A DNA stretch of 64,000 nucleotides from Dehalococcoidia bacterium. GTDB taxonomy: Bacteria; Chloroflexota; Dehalococcoidia; UBA6926. How positions within the stretch are numbered: position 1 is the first letter of the stretch; each line of letters opens with the position of its first letter. Below, piece by piece: positions 8,710-19,013 of the stretch. The DNA lies in contig CAXXET010000006.1 of NCBI GenBank assembly GCA_963666115.2, forward strand, positions 384,001 to 448,000, given 5' to 3'. The position numbers and the translations under genes were made by a program. Under the pieces are notes generated by a model. The model had not been told where the DNA came from and ran no database searches. It was given only the letters and a program-made list of their open reading frames with translations.

Positions 8710-10086
8710 CTACATGTGTATGGCCTCGCCGAAAGCGGCAAGCGACGCCTCCATCAGCGTTTCGGACAAGGTGGGGTGGGGATGAATGGCGCGCCCGATC
8801 TCCAGCGGCGTCGCCTCCAGCAGCTTTGCGACGGACAATTCGCCCAGCAGTTCTGAGCACTCCGGCCCTACCATCTGCGCCCCCAGCAGCGCCCCCGTCT
8901 CCGCGTCGCTCACCACCTTGATCATCCCCGCGTAGTCGCCCAAACTTAGCGCCTTGCCGTTTGCGCGGTACGGAAATCGTCCCACGTTGACGGCGATGCC
9001 GCGTTCAGCTGCCTGCGCCTCTGTGATTCCCATGCTCGCAACTTGCGGGTGGCAATAAACCGCCCGGGGAATGTCATCCTTGATCAGCGGCTGCGTGTCG
9101 CGGCCCGCGATGGCCTCCGCCGTCAGCGCCCCCTGCGCCATTGCCGCGTGTGCCAGGAGCGGCGGCCCTGTGACGTCGCCGATGGCATACACGCCCGGGA
9201 TATTCGTCTGCATCGTCTCATCGCACGCGATATAGCCGCCCGGCCCCGTTGCCACTCCTGCCGCCTCAAGACCAAGGCCCTCTGTCCGCCCCTGCATCCC
9301 CACCGCCACGAGTGCCATGTCGAACGGGATGACACGCGATGCGCCCGCGAGGTCCACTTCCGCCGCGCCGCCGGTCACCCGGTTCACGCGGCTTTCCGTC
9401 AGAACTTCGATGCCCTGCCGCGTGAGAGAGTCGTGCAGCATAGCCGTAATCTCCGTGTCCTCCCCCGGCAGCAGGTTCGGCATCAGCTCGACGAGCGTCA
9501 CGGCGCTGCCGTATGAGCGGTAGAAATACGCGAACTCGCATCCCGTCGCCCCGCCGCCGACGATCAAAACTCGCTCCGGCAGTTCGCGCCGTTCCAGCGC
9601 ATGCCTGCTCGTCACAATCGTTTCGCCATTGACGTCAAGCCCCGGAAGCGCGCGCTCCTGCGCCCCCGTTGCAATCACAATCGCCTTGTTCGCCTCCAGC
9701 GGCTCCGACTCCGTATCCACCCAAACTCTGCGCGAGTCCAGCAGCGCCCCGCGCCCTGTTACAACGGTGACATTGTTCGAACGCATGAGGCTCCCAACTC
9801 CCCGGACAAGCCGGTGGACAACCCTGCGTGACCGCGTGACCGCCTCATCCAGGCTCGCCTCGACCAATCCAACCGTAATGCCGAAATCCGCGGCGGCATT
9901 GATCGTATTCAGCACGTCGGCGTTGCGGAGCAGGGCCTTTGACGGAATGCATCCCCAGTTCAGGCACAGGCCGCCCAGTTCGTCCGGCTCCACAATCGCC
10001 GCGCTCAGCCCCAGTTGCGCCGCGCGTATCGCGCAAACATACCCGCCGGGGCCCGCCCCAAGAACAATCACGTCATATGCCGCCAT
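8710..10086 (-). CDS. lpdA: Dihydrolipoyl dehydrogenase (E3)
   Basis: GAGPGGY, CLNWGCIPSK, HPHPTLSE. Confidence 0.95.
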   Translation of the reverse strand: MAAYDVIVLGAGPGGYVCAIRAAQLGLSAAIVEPDELGGLCLNWGCIPSKALLRNADVLNTINAAADFGITVGLVEASLDEAVTRSRRVVHRLVRGVGSLMRSNNVTVVTGRGALLDSRRVWVDTESEPLEANKAIVIATGAQERALPGLDVNGETIVTSRHALERRELPERVLIVGGGATGCEFAYFYRSYGSAVTLVELMPNLLPGEDTEITAMLHDSLTRQGIEVLTESRVNRVTGGAAEVDLAGASRVIPFDMALVAVGMQGRTEGLGLEAAGVATGPGGYIACDETMQTNIPGVYAIGDVTGPPLLAHAAMAQGALTAEAIAGRDTQPLIKDDIPRAVYCHPQVASMGITEAQAAERGIAVNVGRFPYRANGKALSLGDYAGMIKVVSDAETGALLGAQMVGPECSELLGELSVAKLLEATPLEIGRAIHPHPTLSETLMEASLAAFGEAIHM

Positions 10087-10173
10087 CTGCTTGCCTGCCT
10101 TGTTTGCCTAAAAGGGTGTATGCTATTGCCATCGGGGTAAGTTTAGTGCATTCTTGGCTTATGGGAGGCGCAA

Positions 10174-10485
10174 GTGCCGAATACTGTTACTGAAGAGCAG
10201 GTAATCGACGTTCTGCGGACGTGCTACGATCCTGAAATCCCGCTGAACATTTATGACCTTGGTCTCATCTACGATGTGGACATTCGCGAAGATTGTGTCT
10301 ACGTCACCATGACGCTCACCGCGCCCGGCTGCCCAATGGCGGGCACCGTTGGCCCGGAAGTCGAAAATCGTATCCTTGAACTGGAAGGCGTCAACGATTC
10401 CCAGGTTGATATCGTCTGGGATCCGCCGTGGACGCCGGAGATGCTCAGGCCGGAAGCCAAAGAGCTTCTCGCGGGCCTAATGTAG
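10174..10485 (+). CDS. DUF59/SufT (MIP18) Fe-S cluster assembly protein
   Basis: DPEIPLNIYDLGL, TLTAPGCP, WDPPWTP. Confidence 0.9.
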   Translation: MPNTVTEEQVIDVLRTCYDPEIPLNIYDLGLIYDVDIREDCVYVTMTLTAPGCPMAGTVGPEVENRILELEGVNDSQVDIVWDPPWTPEMLRPEAKELLAGLM

Positions 10486-10520
10486 ATTGCGCGAGTCGTA
10501 GCTGGGAGGGTGAGGAAAAA

Positions 10521-11438
10521 GTGACACAGTTACTCGGCGAAAGTTCCCTGGGGATATCTCTTGATGCGAGAACCTCTGTTGTGGTCGCGCTTGCGACGGC
10601 CGCGTCCGTGCGTGATGAGGCGGCCATGAGGCTGGCGGTCTCCGATGCGCTGGCCGCCGGCATCAACAACAACGAAATCCTGGACATCATGACGGTATCC
10701 GCGCGCATCCAGCAGACCATCAGCCTCAACAACATCCTCCAGGGATTGGGGAGCGCTCCCGCCGTTAGCGTCGGCCCGGCCAGCGCCGGCACCGGTCGCC
10801 GCAGGCGTGGCCGTCCCCCTGGACGAAGACCCGCCGCCGCGCAGGAGCCAGCGCCCGCCCCCGAGCCCGAGCCTGAGCCGGAACCCGCGCCGGCGCCTGC
10901 GGAAGACATCCCCGCCGCTTTCGAGTCGCGAGACGATTTCTGGAACCAGCTCGTCGCCAGCTTCCAGGCCAGGATGCCGGACGCCCGCCTCTCCCGCACG
11001 GAGGGGCCGCGTGAGCGCATCGTCCGCATGGGCCGCGGCAAGATCGGCCTCAACTGGGCATTCCGCCGCCGCGGACGCTTTGCCGTCCAGATCATCCTCA
11101 ACAACGAGTCCATAGAATCTCCCGACCTTGAAGGGATACGGCAGACCGTGGCCGACTACACCGGCGAGACCGTCGAGCTTGAGGGCAGGGGAGCGAACCA
11201 CTCCACCATCGCCATCTACGGGCCCGAGCAAGAGAGCGACATGACCCAGGCCTCCGTTGATTGGGGCGCGGTCACGATGGGCCGCATCTATGAGGCGCTG
11301 CGAACCATCGAGGGCCGTCGCCGCGGCCGCCGCGGCCGCCGTCGCCGCCGCCCGGAGGAGGGCAGCATCGAATCCCAGCTCCTCGACAGGCTCGGCCCAT
11401 ACGTGGTTCGCCGCTCCGCCGCAGTAGCAGCAGAGTAG
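10521..11438 (+). CDS. Multi-domain hypothetical protein (CMD/AhpD-like helices, AT-hook-like motif, DUF4268-like domain, Arg-rich tail)
   Basis: GTG at 10521 after GAGG; RRRRGRPP; PE/PA linker; FWNQL..MGRGKIGL..AVQIIL; RRRGRRGRRRRRP. Confidence 0.6.
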   Translation: MTQLLGESSLGISLDARTSVVVALATAASVRDEAAMRLAVSDALAAGINNNEILDIMTVSARIQQTISLNNILQGLGSAPAVSVGPASAGTGRRRRGRPPGRRPAAAQEPAPAPEPEPEPEPAPAPAEDIPAAFESRDDFWNQLVASFQARMPDARLSRTEGPRERIVRMGRGKIGLNWAFRRRGRFAVQIILNNESIESPDLEGIRQTVADYTGETVELEGRGANHSTIAIYGPEQESDMTQASVDWGAVTMGRIYEALRTIEGRRRGRRGRRRRRPEEGSIESQLLDRLGPYVVRRSAAVAAE

Positions 11439-12003
11439 CGTCGTCGACAGGATACGCTCGCCCGTCGTCCGTGCCCTTGCCGCTGTCGGCGTTCGCCCCA
11501 ACCACCTGACTGTCCTCGGCGCGCTTATCGCCGTGGCGGCGGGTTATGCCGCGAGCCAGGGCGCGCTGTTGCCCGCCGGCCTCGTATTCCTCGCCGGAAG
11601 CCTGATGGACGGACTGGACGGCGCGCTTGCCCGCCACACCAACTCGGCCTCCCGGACCGGCGCATTCCTGGATTCCGTGTTGGACAGGGTAGGGGAGGCG
11701 ACGCTCCTCATTGGACTGAGCCTCTACTTCGCCGCGAAAGATGATTATCTCGCCATCGGGGCGACTGCCGCAGCCCTTGCCCTCGCGATGCTGGTGAGCT
11801 ACGCGAGGGCAAGGGCGGAGAGTCTGGGCCTGAATCGCGGCGGCTTTATCCCCGCCCCGCGCCCCATCCGCGTCGTCATCCTGTCCCTCGGCCTGATCGT
11901 TGGTCAGCCGCTGATCGCCGTCATCCTCGTCGCCGTGCTCTCCGCCGTTAGCGCCGTCCAACGAATCATCGCCGCCATGAGCGGCGGCGAAACGCAGGAC
12001 TAG
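11428..12003 (+). CDS. CDP-alcohol phosphatidyltransferase (start uncertain)
   Basis: DGLDGALAR..GAFLDSVLDR signature. The family N-terminus GVRPNHLT lies in frame upstream of the track start at 11533. Confidence 0.85.
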   Translation, partial: QQSSVVDRIRSPVVRALAAVGVRPNHLTVLGALIAVAAGYAASQGALLPAGLVFLAGSLMDGLDGALARHTNSASRTGAFLDSVLDRVGEATLLIGLSLYFAAKDDYLAIGATAAALALAMLVSYARARAESLGLNRGGFIPAPRPIRVVILSLGLIVGQPLIAVILVAVLSAVSAVQRIIAAMSGGETQD

Positions 12004-12021
12004 CCGCGAACCTCTCCGCGC

Positions 12022-12687
12022 CTACTCCGGGTCAATCGTCAGCGTTGCCCAGAAGAACAGGATCGGCCCCGCCCACGCGCTGTACAACGATGTCGGCCCG
12101 GAGGAGATGATCATGAATGCCTCCCGGTCGTCACCCTCCCCGCGAAACACCACGGCCGTCTCGCCCGTCGTTTCGGCCTCCGCGTCTTGCGAAACCCAAT
12201 TCGCGTGATACGCCGGCGTCCCGTCCGCCAGCGTCGTTTCCGTCTCATCCAGGATGACCAGGCTGGGTTCCAACCGCTGGAAGAACCGCATGCGGGCGCT
12301 CCCATACGACATGAAGTCGATCTGGGGGGGCGGCAAGTCGCGTTCGATGTCCATCGTGACCGTCTGCTCCGGCGACACCAGCGAGACGACGATTCCCTCC
12401 GTATCGGGAGAATCGCTGATCAGCCAATCGTCCGGGTGCCGGAAGCTGAAACCCAACTCATCGTCCCGGTACTCAACCTCCTCCGTGCCCGGAATCAGAT
12501 ACGGGTTCGGCGTCGGAGTTGGGTTCGGTGTCGGAGTCGGCGCCTCGCGGAAGAAGCAGCCGGACATCGCCGTTGCAGCGGCAAGCAAGGCGAGCAGGGC
12601 GGCAAGACCAACGAGCCGCCGCGTCTCCCTCCTGCCAATCAGCCCCGTCACGGCTACCGCTCTCTCCCCACGGATTCCCGCAGCCAC
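12022..12687 (-). CDS. PsbP-like lipoprotein
   Basis: Signal peptide with lipobox-like MSGC, PT linker, GFSFRHPDDW. Confidence 0.65.
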   Translation of the reverse strand: MAAGIRGERAVAVTGLIGRRETRRLVGLAALLALLAAATAMSGCFFREAPTPTPNPTPTPNPYLIPGTEEVEYRDDELGFSFRHPDDWLISDSPDTEGIVVSLVSPEQTVTMDIERDLPPPQIDFMSYGSARMRFFQRLEPSLVILDETETTLADGTPAYHANWVSQDAEAETTGETAVVFRGEGDDREAFMIISSGPTSLYSAWAGPILFFWATLTIDPE

Positions 12688-13759
12688 GTCGTCAGGAACG
12701 GGTCCAGCTCTCCCGCCAGCACGGCGTCCGGATCAGGCTCCTCATGCCCCGTGCGGTGGTCCTTGACCATCTTGTACGGGTGGAGGACGTAGGTGCGAAT
12801 CTGGTTCCCCCCACTCCGGCGCGATGAACTCCCCGCGCAGCCGCATCTCCTCTTCACGCCGTTTCGCCATCTCCCGTTCGACTAGGCGTGCCGTCAGGAT
12901 TCGCATTGCGATCTCTCGATTCCGCCCTTGTGACCGCTCATTCTGTACGGACACGACAAGCCCCGTCGGGATATGCGTCAGCCTCACCGCCGTCTCGTTC
13001 TTCTGCACGTTCTGACCGCCGGCCCCGCTGCTGCGGAACGTATCCACTCGCAAGTCCTCCGGGCTGATCGACACGTCAACGGCGTCATCCACGATGGGCA
13101 GCACCTCCACCAGCGCGAACGACGTGTGCCGCTGGTGCTGGTTGTCGAACGGCGAGAGGCGAATCAGCCGGTGTACCCCCGCCTCCCCTTTCAGGTAGCC
13201 GTACACGTTCGGCCCGTCGATCTCCAGGTCCGCCCGCTTGATGCCCGCCTCGTCGCCGTCCATCCAGTCGAGAATTCGCGCCCTGTGGCCGTGCGCCTCC
13301 CCCCACCGCCGGAACATCGTCACCAGCATCTGCGCCCAATCCTGCGAGTCGATCCCGCCCGCGCCCGCCTGGAATGACACGATTGCCGAACGCCCGTCAT
13401 GCGGCCCGCTCAACATCGCCTGCGCCTCGAGGCCCTCAAGAGCCTTCTGCACGTCCGCAAGCTCCGTCTCGAGTTCGGATTCCAGTTCCGACGCGTCCTC
13501 CGTGAGCGCAAGCTCGGCAAGATCCGCCAATGAACGCGCGCGCCGTTCCAGCGATTGCCACGTCGCGATTTCGTCGCGCAGCGTTGAGGCTTCCCTCAAA
13601 ACGCCCTGCGCGCGCTGGGCGTCGCTCCAGAAGTCCGGCTTGGCCGACTCAATGTCCAGTTGCGACACCCGGGACTCTTTGCCCGGCAGATCAAAGACGC
13701 TCCAGGTACGTCGCGATCCGATCGAGAAGCTGCTGAGCGCCGTTCCTCACCTCTTGCAT
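12654..13759 (-). CDS. prfB: Peptide chain release factor 2, with programmed +1 frameshift and a probable sequencing frameshift near 12810
   Basis: MQEVRNG..YLERL then CTT-TGA-T at 13696-13690; SPF and GGQ motifs. C-terminus [11 protein letters not shown] is in another frame after a G6 run. Confidence 0.95.
13690..13703 (-). promoter_or_regulatory. prfB autoregulatory +1 frameshift site
   Basis: GGAG-cgt-CTT-TGA-T: SD-like element, slippery CTT T, in-frame UGA. Confidence 0.9.
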
Positions 13760-13817
13760 AAGAAAAGTGGCTCCAGGTCGGTTAGTGTTGTCTACAGTGT
13801 GATTTATTTTACAGGTT

Positions 13818-14499
13818 TTACAGGAGCGGTTCCCCCGCTGCGGCGCGATGCGCCAGGCGCGTCGGCACGGGAACGCGGTAGCGCGGCGAACACGCCAGCG
13901 CCCACCTCACGGACGATTCAAGATCGATGTTGTTCCCCGGTGAAACATAGATCGGCCTCACACCCGTCCGCGTCCGCACGACCGCCCCGATGAAGTTTCC
14001 ACGGTGTTCCAGCGGAGCCCACGCCCCCTTCTCCTCGTTCGGCTCCTGGTGCTGTCCGACCAATCGCGATTTCGCACACCCGATGATTGGCACGTCCACC
14101 GCCAACCCAAGATGACACGCAATTCCGAACCGGCGCGGATGCGCCGTCCCCTGTCCGTCAACGAGAATCAGGTCAGGCGTCACGCTCAGCCCCGCCAACG
14201 CTTCGAGCAAAATCGGCGCCTCCCTGAACGACAAAAGCCCCGGCACATAGGGGAAATCCGCCATCCCCTCCGCCGTTGAGACCTCGACCACCTCCAGCGA
14301 TGGCCACGCCGTCACGACAACGGCCCCGCGAACGCGCCCTGACTCCACGTCCGGTGGGGAGAGGTCCACGCCCGCAACCGTCTCCACCGCGCTCTCCGGC
14401 ACGCCCCGGTCCAACCGCAGGTGCCCGGCCAGCTCCCGCTGCAAAGCCACCCGCCGCCTGTGGCGATATATCCCATTCATGCAGCTGGTGAATACGCAT
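13818..14499 (-). CDS. nfi: Endonuclease V (probable sequencing frameshift near 14451)
   Basis: MRIHQLHEWDISP start in one frame; AGVD, FPYVPGLLSFRE, VDGQG..HPRRFG, GCAK in the next. Confidence 0.92.
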
Positions 14500-14572
14500 G
14501 AAACCATCCTACGACGGCGCGTGAACTGCTTGCGCCCCACACGCTCCGCGAGTATCATGCCCAAACGTCGGT

Positions 14573-14649
14573 CGGGGTGTAGCGCAGCCCGGAAGCGCAC
14601 CTGCATGGGGTGCAGGGGGCCCCCGGTTCAAATCCGGGCACCCCGACCA
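14573..14649 (+). tRNA. tRNA-Pro(GGG)
   Basis: Acceptor CGGGGTG/CACCCCG, anticodon arm CCTGC-atGGGgt-GCAGG, GGTTCAAATCC, 3' ACCA. Confidence 0.95.
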
Positions 14650-14691
14650 TCGATACGTTTCTCCGCAATTGACCCGGATAGAGGACCAATC

Positions 14692-15096
14692 ATGGATGTT
14701 GCCTTCTCGTTCGTCTGCGATTACGCCGACAACTCGTCCAAGCTGACCGCCGTCGGCATCGGCTTCGACACCATCTACGCCCCGGAGATTCCGCTAACCC
14801 ATCCCGTGTTCTATGTCGTCGCCGCATTCCGGTTCAGCGCGGTGGAGACCGGCCAAAAAACCGTTGAAGTCCACATCATCGACGCGGACGGCGGCGACAT
14901 CGTGCCGCCTCTGAGGACGCAGATCGACGTGGGACGCCCCGCCGCCGGCTACAGGCACACTGTCCGGCGGATGGCTCTCGGCCTCCACGGCGTCACCTTC
15001 TCCGAGTACGGCGACTACGAAATCGCCTGGCTAATCGACGGCCACCAGGCCTCCCTCATCCCCCTAAAAGTCGCCCCGCCCCCCAACGAACCCTAA
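14692..15096 (+). CDS. DUF6941-like protein
   Basis: FVCDYA..KLTAVGIGFDTI..F..YGDY pattern; GAGG RBS. Confidence 0.65.
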   Translation: MDVAFSFVCDYADNSSKLTAVGIGFDTIYAPEIPLTHPVFYVVAAFRFSAVETGQKTVEVHIIDADGGDIVPPLRTQIDVGRPAAGYRHTVRRMALGLHGVTFSEYGDYEIAWLIDGHQASLIPLKVAPPPNEP

Positions 15097-15120
15097 CCCC
15101 CCAACGAACCCTAACCCCCC
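15079..15120 (+). repeat. 18-bp tandem duplication CCCCCCAACGAACCCTAA spanning a stop codon
   Basis: Two adjacent copies plus a partial third. Confidence 0.8.
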
Positions 15121-15137
15121 GATTCACCCAGCCCCCC

Positions 15138-15161
15138 GTTCACCCTGAGCTTGTCGAAGGG
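15138..15161 (+). repeat. REP-like repeat family A (GTTCACCCTGAGCyTGTCGAAGGG)
   Basis: Related copies at about 22873, 33301 and 36042. Confidence 0.75.
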
Positions 15162-15214
15162 CGCAAAACCAAAAACGCCGCCCTTTGGGCGGCGTCTCGC
15201 TCCTCAGAGTGAAC

Positions 15215-15595
15215 CTACGTCGTAATCGGAATCTGCTCGTGGTTCTCCATGTCGAACTCAAGCCACGGCTGCTCGGCGGCCTCATGCGCCCACCAAAAGC
15301 CGAAGTTGTTGTCCTTGGCTGCCAGGTAGTCGGTATCGCGGTCGCCCATGTGATAGTAGGCGTCCGCCGGATTCTCCCGCTTGACCTTGCCGAGCTGGTG
15401 CTTGGCGGAAACAAACGCGGGCTCAAGCTCCATGTCCTGCCATATCTTGCGTTGCACGCTCAGGGGCTTGTCTGAACAACTGCCAATGATGAACCCAACC
15501 TCATGTGCTTTGCGAACCATCTCCGTCGTGACGCCGCCCGGCGGGTCCCCAAGTTCGAGGGTTCCGTCAATGTCAAAGCTCAGAAGTATCGCCAT
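15215..15595 (-). CDS. Small HAD-superfamily hydrolase
   Basis: FDIDGT motif I, CSD, HMGDRDTD motif IV. Confidence 0.8.
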   Translation of the reverse strand: MAILLSFDIDGTLELGDPPGGVTTEMVRKAHEVGFIIGSCSDKPLSVQRKIWQDMELEPAFVSAKHQLGKVKRENPADAYYHMGDRDTDYLAAKDNNFGFWWAHEAAEQPWLEFDMENHEQIPITT

Positions 15596-15626
15596 ACTTT
15601 CCACCCCATGTGCTCCTTGTTAGTAG

Positions 15627-15662
15627 TGCGACTCCCTGCCGAGACATCGGCAGGGAGTCGCA
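15627..15662. terminator. 16-bp stem hairpin downstream of thiolase copy B
   Basis: TGCGACTCCCTGCCGA-gaca-TCGGCAGGGAGTCGCA. Confidence 0.55.
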
Positions 15663-15693
15663 TCATGACTCCCGTATAGTATGACAGAAGTCT

Positions 15694-16985
15694 CTAGTCG
15701 GGTGAAGTGGCCATCACCACGGTGCCCGCCGTGATCGGCAGCACCCCGTGCGTGACCGCGACATCCGCCTTCGTCGTGATCTGGCGGTCGCCCGCCCGGC
15801 CCTGCAGCTGCTCGAGCGGATCGGTGATGAACACGGTGCGCATGCGGCCCGTGCCCATGTTGCCGCCGCCGGAGTTCAGCGGGTTCGGGCCCTTGAGGCT
15901 GATGTCGCCGGCGTAGAAGTCGTGCGCTTTTCGCCGCGCTTGACGCCGCGCCAGCCGAACGCCTCGATGTAGTACTGCGTGAACACCGCGAACCCGTCGT
16001 ACGGCGCGAACACGTCGATGTCCTCGGGCTTCAGGCCGGAGCCGTTGTACGACCGCTGCGCCTGGATGTCCGTCCACTCCTCCGTGTCGTCGATGGTCTG
16101 CACCAGGCTGCGCGGCGTGAACTGGCTCTCCGTGTGGTCCAGGATGTAGACCGGCTTCTGCTTCATGTCTGCGGCCTTTGCAGCAGTTGTCATGATGTAC
16201 GCCGCCGCCGCCAGCACCGGCCGGTCGCAGTCGAAGATGCTCAGGTCGCGCGCGATCATGCGCCCGTTCAGGTAGTCCTCTTCGGTGAACTCGCCCGGCT
16301 CGTGCTGCGCGTAGTAGCTGTGCTCCCACAGCAGCCCGTTCTTCCGCTCCTGCACCACGAACGGCGCCATGCGGTCATGGTTCGTCCCGTACTTCTGGCA
16401 GTACTGGTTGAACGTGAAGCCCTGGCCGGAAAGGCCCCAGCCCCACGTGTTCGGCCACACGGCCATGCCGCGCGCCTCGTTGGACGGGTCCTGGTGATAC
16501 CGCCCGGGCAGGTTCCCGTTTGGGTACGTGACGACGACCGTCTCTGCGCGCCCGTCGGCGATGGCCTGCGCGGCCTGCCCGATGAGGTTCCACACGGGGT
16601 CGCCGTGGTTGTTGATGTACTTGAGATTCTTGAACCCCATCTGCTGTTGCAGCCACTGGCCGGTGACGTGCGTCAGGCCGTCTTCCGAGTGGTAGGGCGG
16701 ATCGAAGTACGGGCGCGGGCCCCACACGTCGCTCAGCGGCGCGCCGTTGCCCTGGCCGCCGGCGGAGCCGACGATGCCGTCCACGTCATCAACGGTGATG
16801 CCGGCGTCATCCAGCGCGTTCTGCACGGCGATCATCATGTATGCGCCGAGGGACTTCTCAAGCGTCTCCCCGTCCCAGCGGCGATCCGTCGGGGAATGCC
16901 CCCGCGCGACGAGCGCAGACTTGCCGCGGCCGTTCCAGATGCCGACTGGGTCGTGATTGCGCTCCCAATTGACTTCACGTGCCAT
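15694..16985 (-). CDS. Thiolase-fold (Ltp2/SCPx-like) protein, copy B; frameshift at about 15930
   Basis: Close paralog of 17690-18976. GAAAAGCG versus GAGGCG in the paralog means +2 A in a homopolymer. Confidence 0.85.
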
Positions 16986-17045
16986 CTTTGTCCATTCCTT
17001 TCTGACTGATGCGCTTCGCGTGTCTGCTTTGAAAGCTGCTCAGCT

Positions 17046-17477
17046 CTACTTGACGATCTTCCACTCCGGGATCATGCGCCCCGGCGCCGCCTCGACGAAC
17101 TGCACCTCGCAGGTCGCGCCGACGGGAATATCGGGCTCCTCGGCGAGATTGGTGCCGAAGTCGTCGATGAGGTTCGTATGGAAGTTGATCACCGGGTCCT
17201 CCTCGAGCGCCACGATGACGTTGAGGAACGGCTGCAGCGGATGCCACTGGACCAGGCGGGAGTCGTACGTGATGGAGTAGCCGACGATCTTCGCCCGGCC
17301 GCTCGTCTCCTCCCAGGTCATGTGGAAATCAAAGCCGCAATCCCGGCAGGTGGGCTCCGGCGGATACTGCCGCCGGTCGCAGATCGAACAATACTGGACG
17401 ATGAGCTTGCCTTCGTTGCATGCGTCCCAGAACGGCTGGCTCACCGGATCCGGAACAGGAACAATCGGTCGTGCCAT
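17046..17477 (-). CDS. Zn-ribbon/OB-fold (DUF35, ChsH2-like) protein, copy B
   Basis: PFWDAC..CxxC..YPP..CxxC..SGRAK. Confidence 0.9.
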   Translation of the reverse strand: MARPIVPVPDPVSQPFWDACNEGKLIVQYCSICDRRQYPPEPTCRDCGFDFHMTWEETSGRAKIVGYSITYDSRLVQWHPLQPFLNVIVALEEDPVINFHTNLIDDFGTNLAEEPDIPVGATCEVQFVEAAPGRMIPEWKIVK

Positions 17478-17633
17478 TATCTCCCCCCACTCCTGTACTG
17501 ACATTGGTATGCCGTGCGGAATGTAGCATGGCGGCAAAGCGCATGTCAACGGAACGCGAGGGCACGGGATAGACGCGCGCAAGTATCGGCAAGAGCGTAT
17601 TTAAAAACAGGTTTTTGACCATCCACCAAAAAC

Positions 17634-17665
17634 AAATAGCCCCCGCCAACCGGCGGGGGCTATTT
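17634..17665. terminator. Intrinsic terminator after thiolase copy A
   Basis: AAATAGCCCCCGCC-aacc-GGCGGGGGCTATTT, followed by a T-rich tract on the minus strand. Confidence 0.75.
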
Positions 17666-17689
17666 CTGCCTGCGAATTCGCTGTCTGAA

Positions 17690-18976
17690 CTAGCCGGGGT
17701 TCGTGCTCATCACCACCGTGCCAGCCGTGATCGGCAGCACGCCGTGGCTCACCGCGATCTCCGCCCGGCCCGTGATCTGCCGCTCGCCTGCGCGGTTCTG
17801 CAGCTGCTCCAGCGGGTCCGTGATGAACACGGTCCTCATGCGGCCCGTGCCCATGTTGCCGCCGCCGGAGTTCAGCGGGTTCGGCCCCTTCAGGCTGATG
17901 TCGCTCGCGTAGAAGTCGTGCGCCTCGCCGCGCTTGACGCCGCGCCAGCCCCACGCCTCGATGTAGTACTGCGTGAAGACGGCGAAGCCGTCATACGGCG
18001 CGAACACGTCGATGTCGTCCGCCGTGATGCCGGAGCCGTTGTAGGACCGCTGCGCCTGGATGTCCGTCCACTCCTCGGTGTCGTCGATCGTCTGCACCAG
18101 GCTGCGCGGGGAGAACAGGCTCTCCGTGTGATCCCAGATGTACACCGGCGTCTGCTTCATGTCCGCAGCCTTCTCAGCCGTCGTCATGACGTACGCCGCC
18201 GCCGCCAAAACCGGCCTGTCGCAGTCGAAGATGCTGAGGTCGCGCGCAATCATGCGCCCGTTCAGGTAGTCCTCTTCGGTGAACTCGCCCGGCTCGTGCT
18301 GCGCGTAGTAGCTGTGCTCCCACAGCAGCCCGTTCTTGCGCTCCTGCACGACGAACGGGGCCATGCGGTCATGGTTCGTGCCGTACTTCTGGCAGTACTG
18401 GTTGAAGGTGAACCCCTGGCCGGACAGACCCCAGCCCCAGGTGTTCGGCCACACGGCGCCGCCGCGCGCCTCATTGGAGGGGTCCTGGTGATACCGCCCG
18501 GGCAGGTTGCCGTTCGGGTACGTCACCACGACGGTCTCTGCGCGCCCGTCGGCAATGGCCTGCGCGGCCTGGCCGATCAGGTTCCAGATAGGGTCGCCGT
18601 GGTTGTTGATGTACCTGATGTTTGTGAAGCCCATCTGCTGCCGGAGCCACTGGCCGGTGACGTGCGTCAGGCCGTCCTCCGAGTGGTAGGGCGGGTCGAA
18701 GTACGGGCGCGGCCCCCAAACGTCGCTCAACGGAGCGCCGTTCGGCTGCCCGCCGGCGGAGCCGACGATGCCGTCGACGTCATCAACGGTGATGCCGGCG
18801 TCATCCAGCGCGTTCTGCACGGCGATCATCATGTACGCGCCGAGGGACTTGTCCAGCGACTCGCCGTCCCAGCGGCGGTCCGTTGGGGAGTGCCCGCGGG
18901 CGATCAGCGCCGACTTGCCGCGGCCGTTCCAGATGCCGACGGGGTCGTGATTGCGTTCCCAATTCTCACGTGCCAT
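17690..18976 (-). CDS. Thiolase-fold (Ltp2/SCPx-like) protein, copy A
   Basis: ALDDAGIT..DVDGI, DCDRP, PYDGF, NSGGGNM, QLQ.RAGERQ; adjacent to DUF35. Confidence 0.88.
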   Translation of the reverse strand: MARENWERNHDPVGIWNGRGKSALIARGHSPTDRRWDGESLDKSLGAYMMIAVQNALDDAGITVDDVDGIVGSAGGQPNGAPLSDVWGPRPYFDPPYHSEDGLTHVTGQWLRQQMGFTNIRYINNHGDPIWNLIGQAAQAIADGRAETVVVTYPNGNLPGRYHQDPSNEARGGAVWPNTWGWGLSGQGFTFNQYCQKYGTNHDRMAPFVVQERKNGLLWEHSYYAQHEPGEFTEEDYLNGRMIARDLSIFDCDRPVLAAAAYVMTTAEKAADMKQTPVYIWDHTESLFSPRSLVQTIDDTEEWTDIQAQRSYNGSGITADDIDVFAPYDGFAVFTQYYIEAWGWRGVKRGEAHDFYASDISLKGPNPLNSGGGNMGTGRMRTVFITDPLEQLQNRAGERQITGRAEIAVSHGVLPITAGTVVMSTNPG

Positions 18977-19013
18977 CTACGTGTGTCCTTTCCTGTTGGC
19001 CTGTGTGCCGCGC

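Noticed and set aside
14573-15161. Integrative element at tRNA-Pro
   Set aside because: No integrase and no duplicated tRNA 3' end seen; only one small gene and repeats follow.
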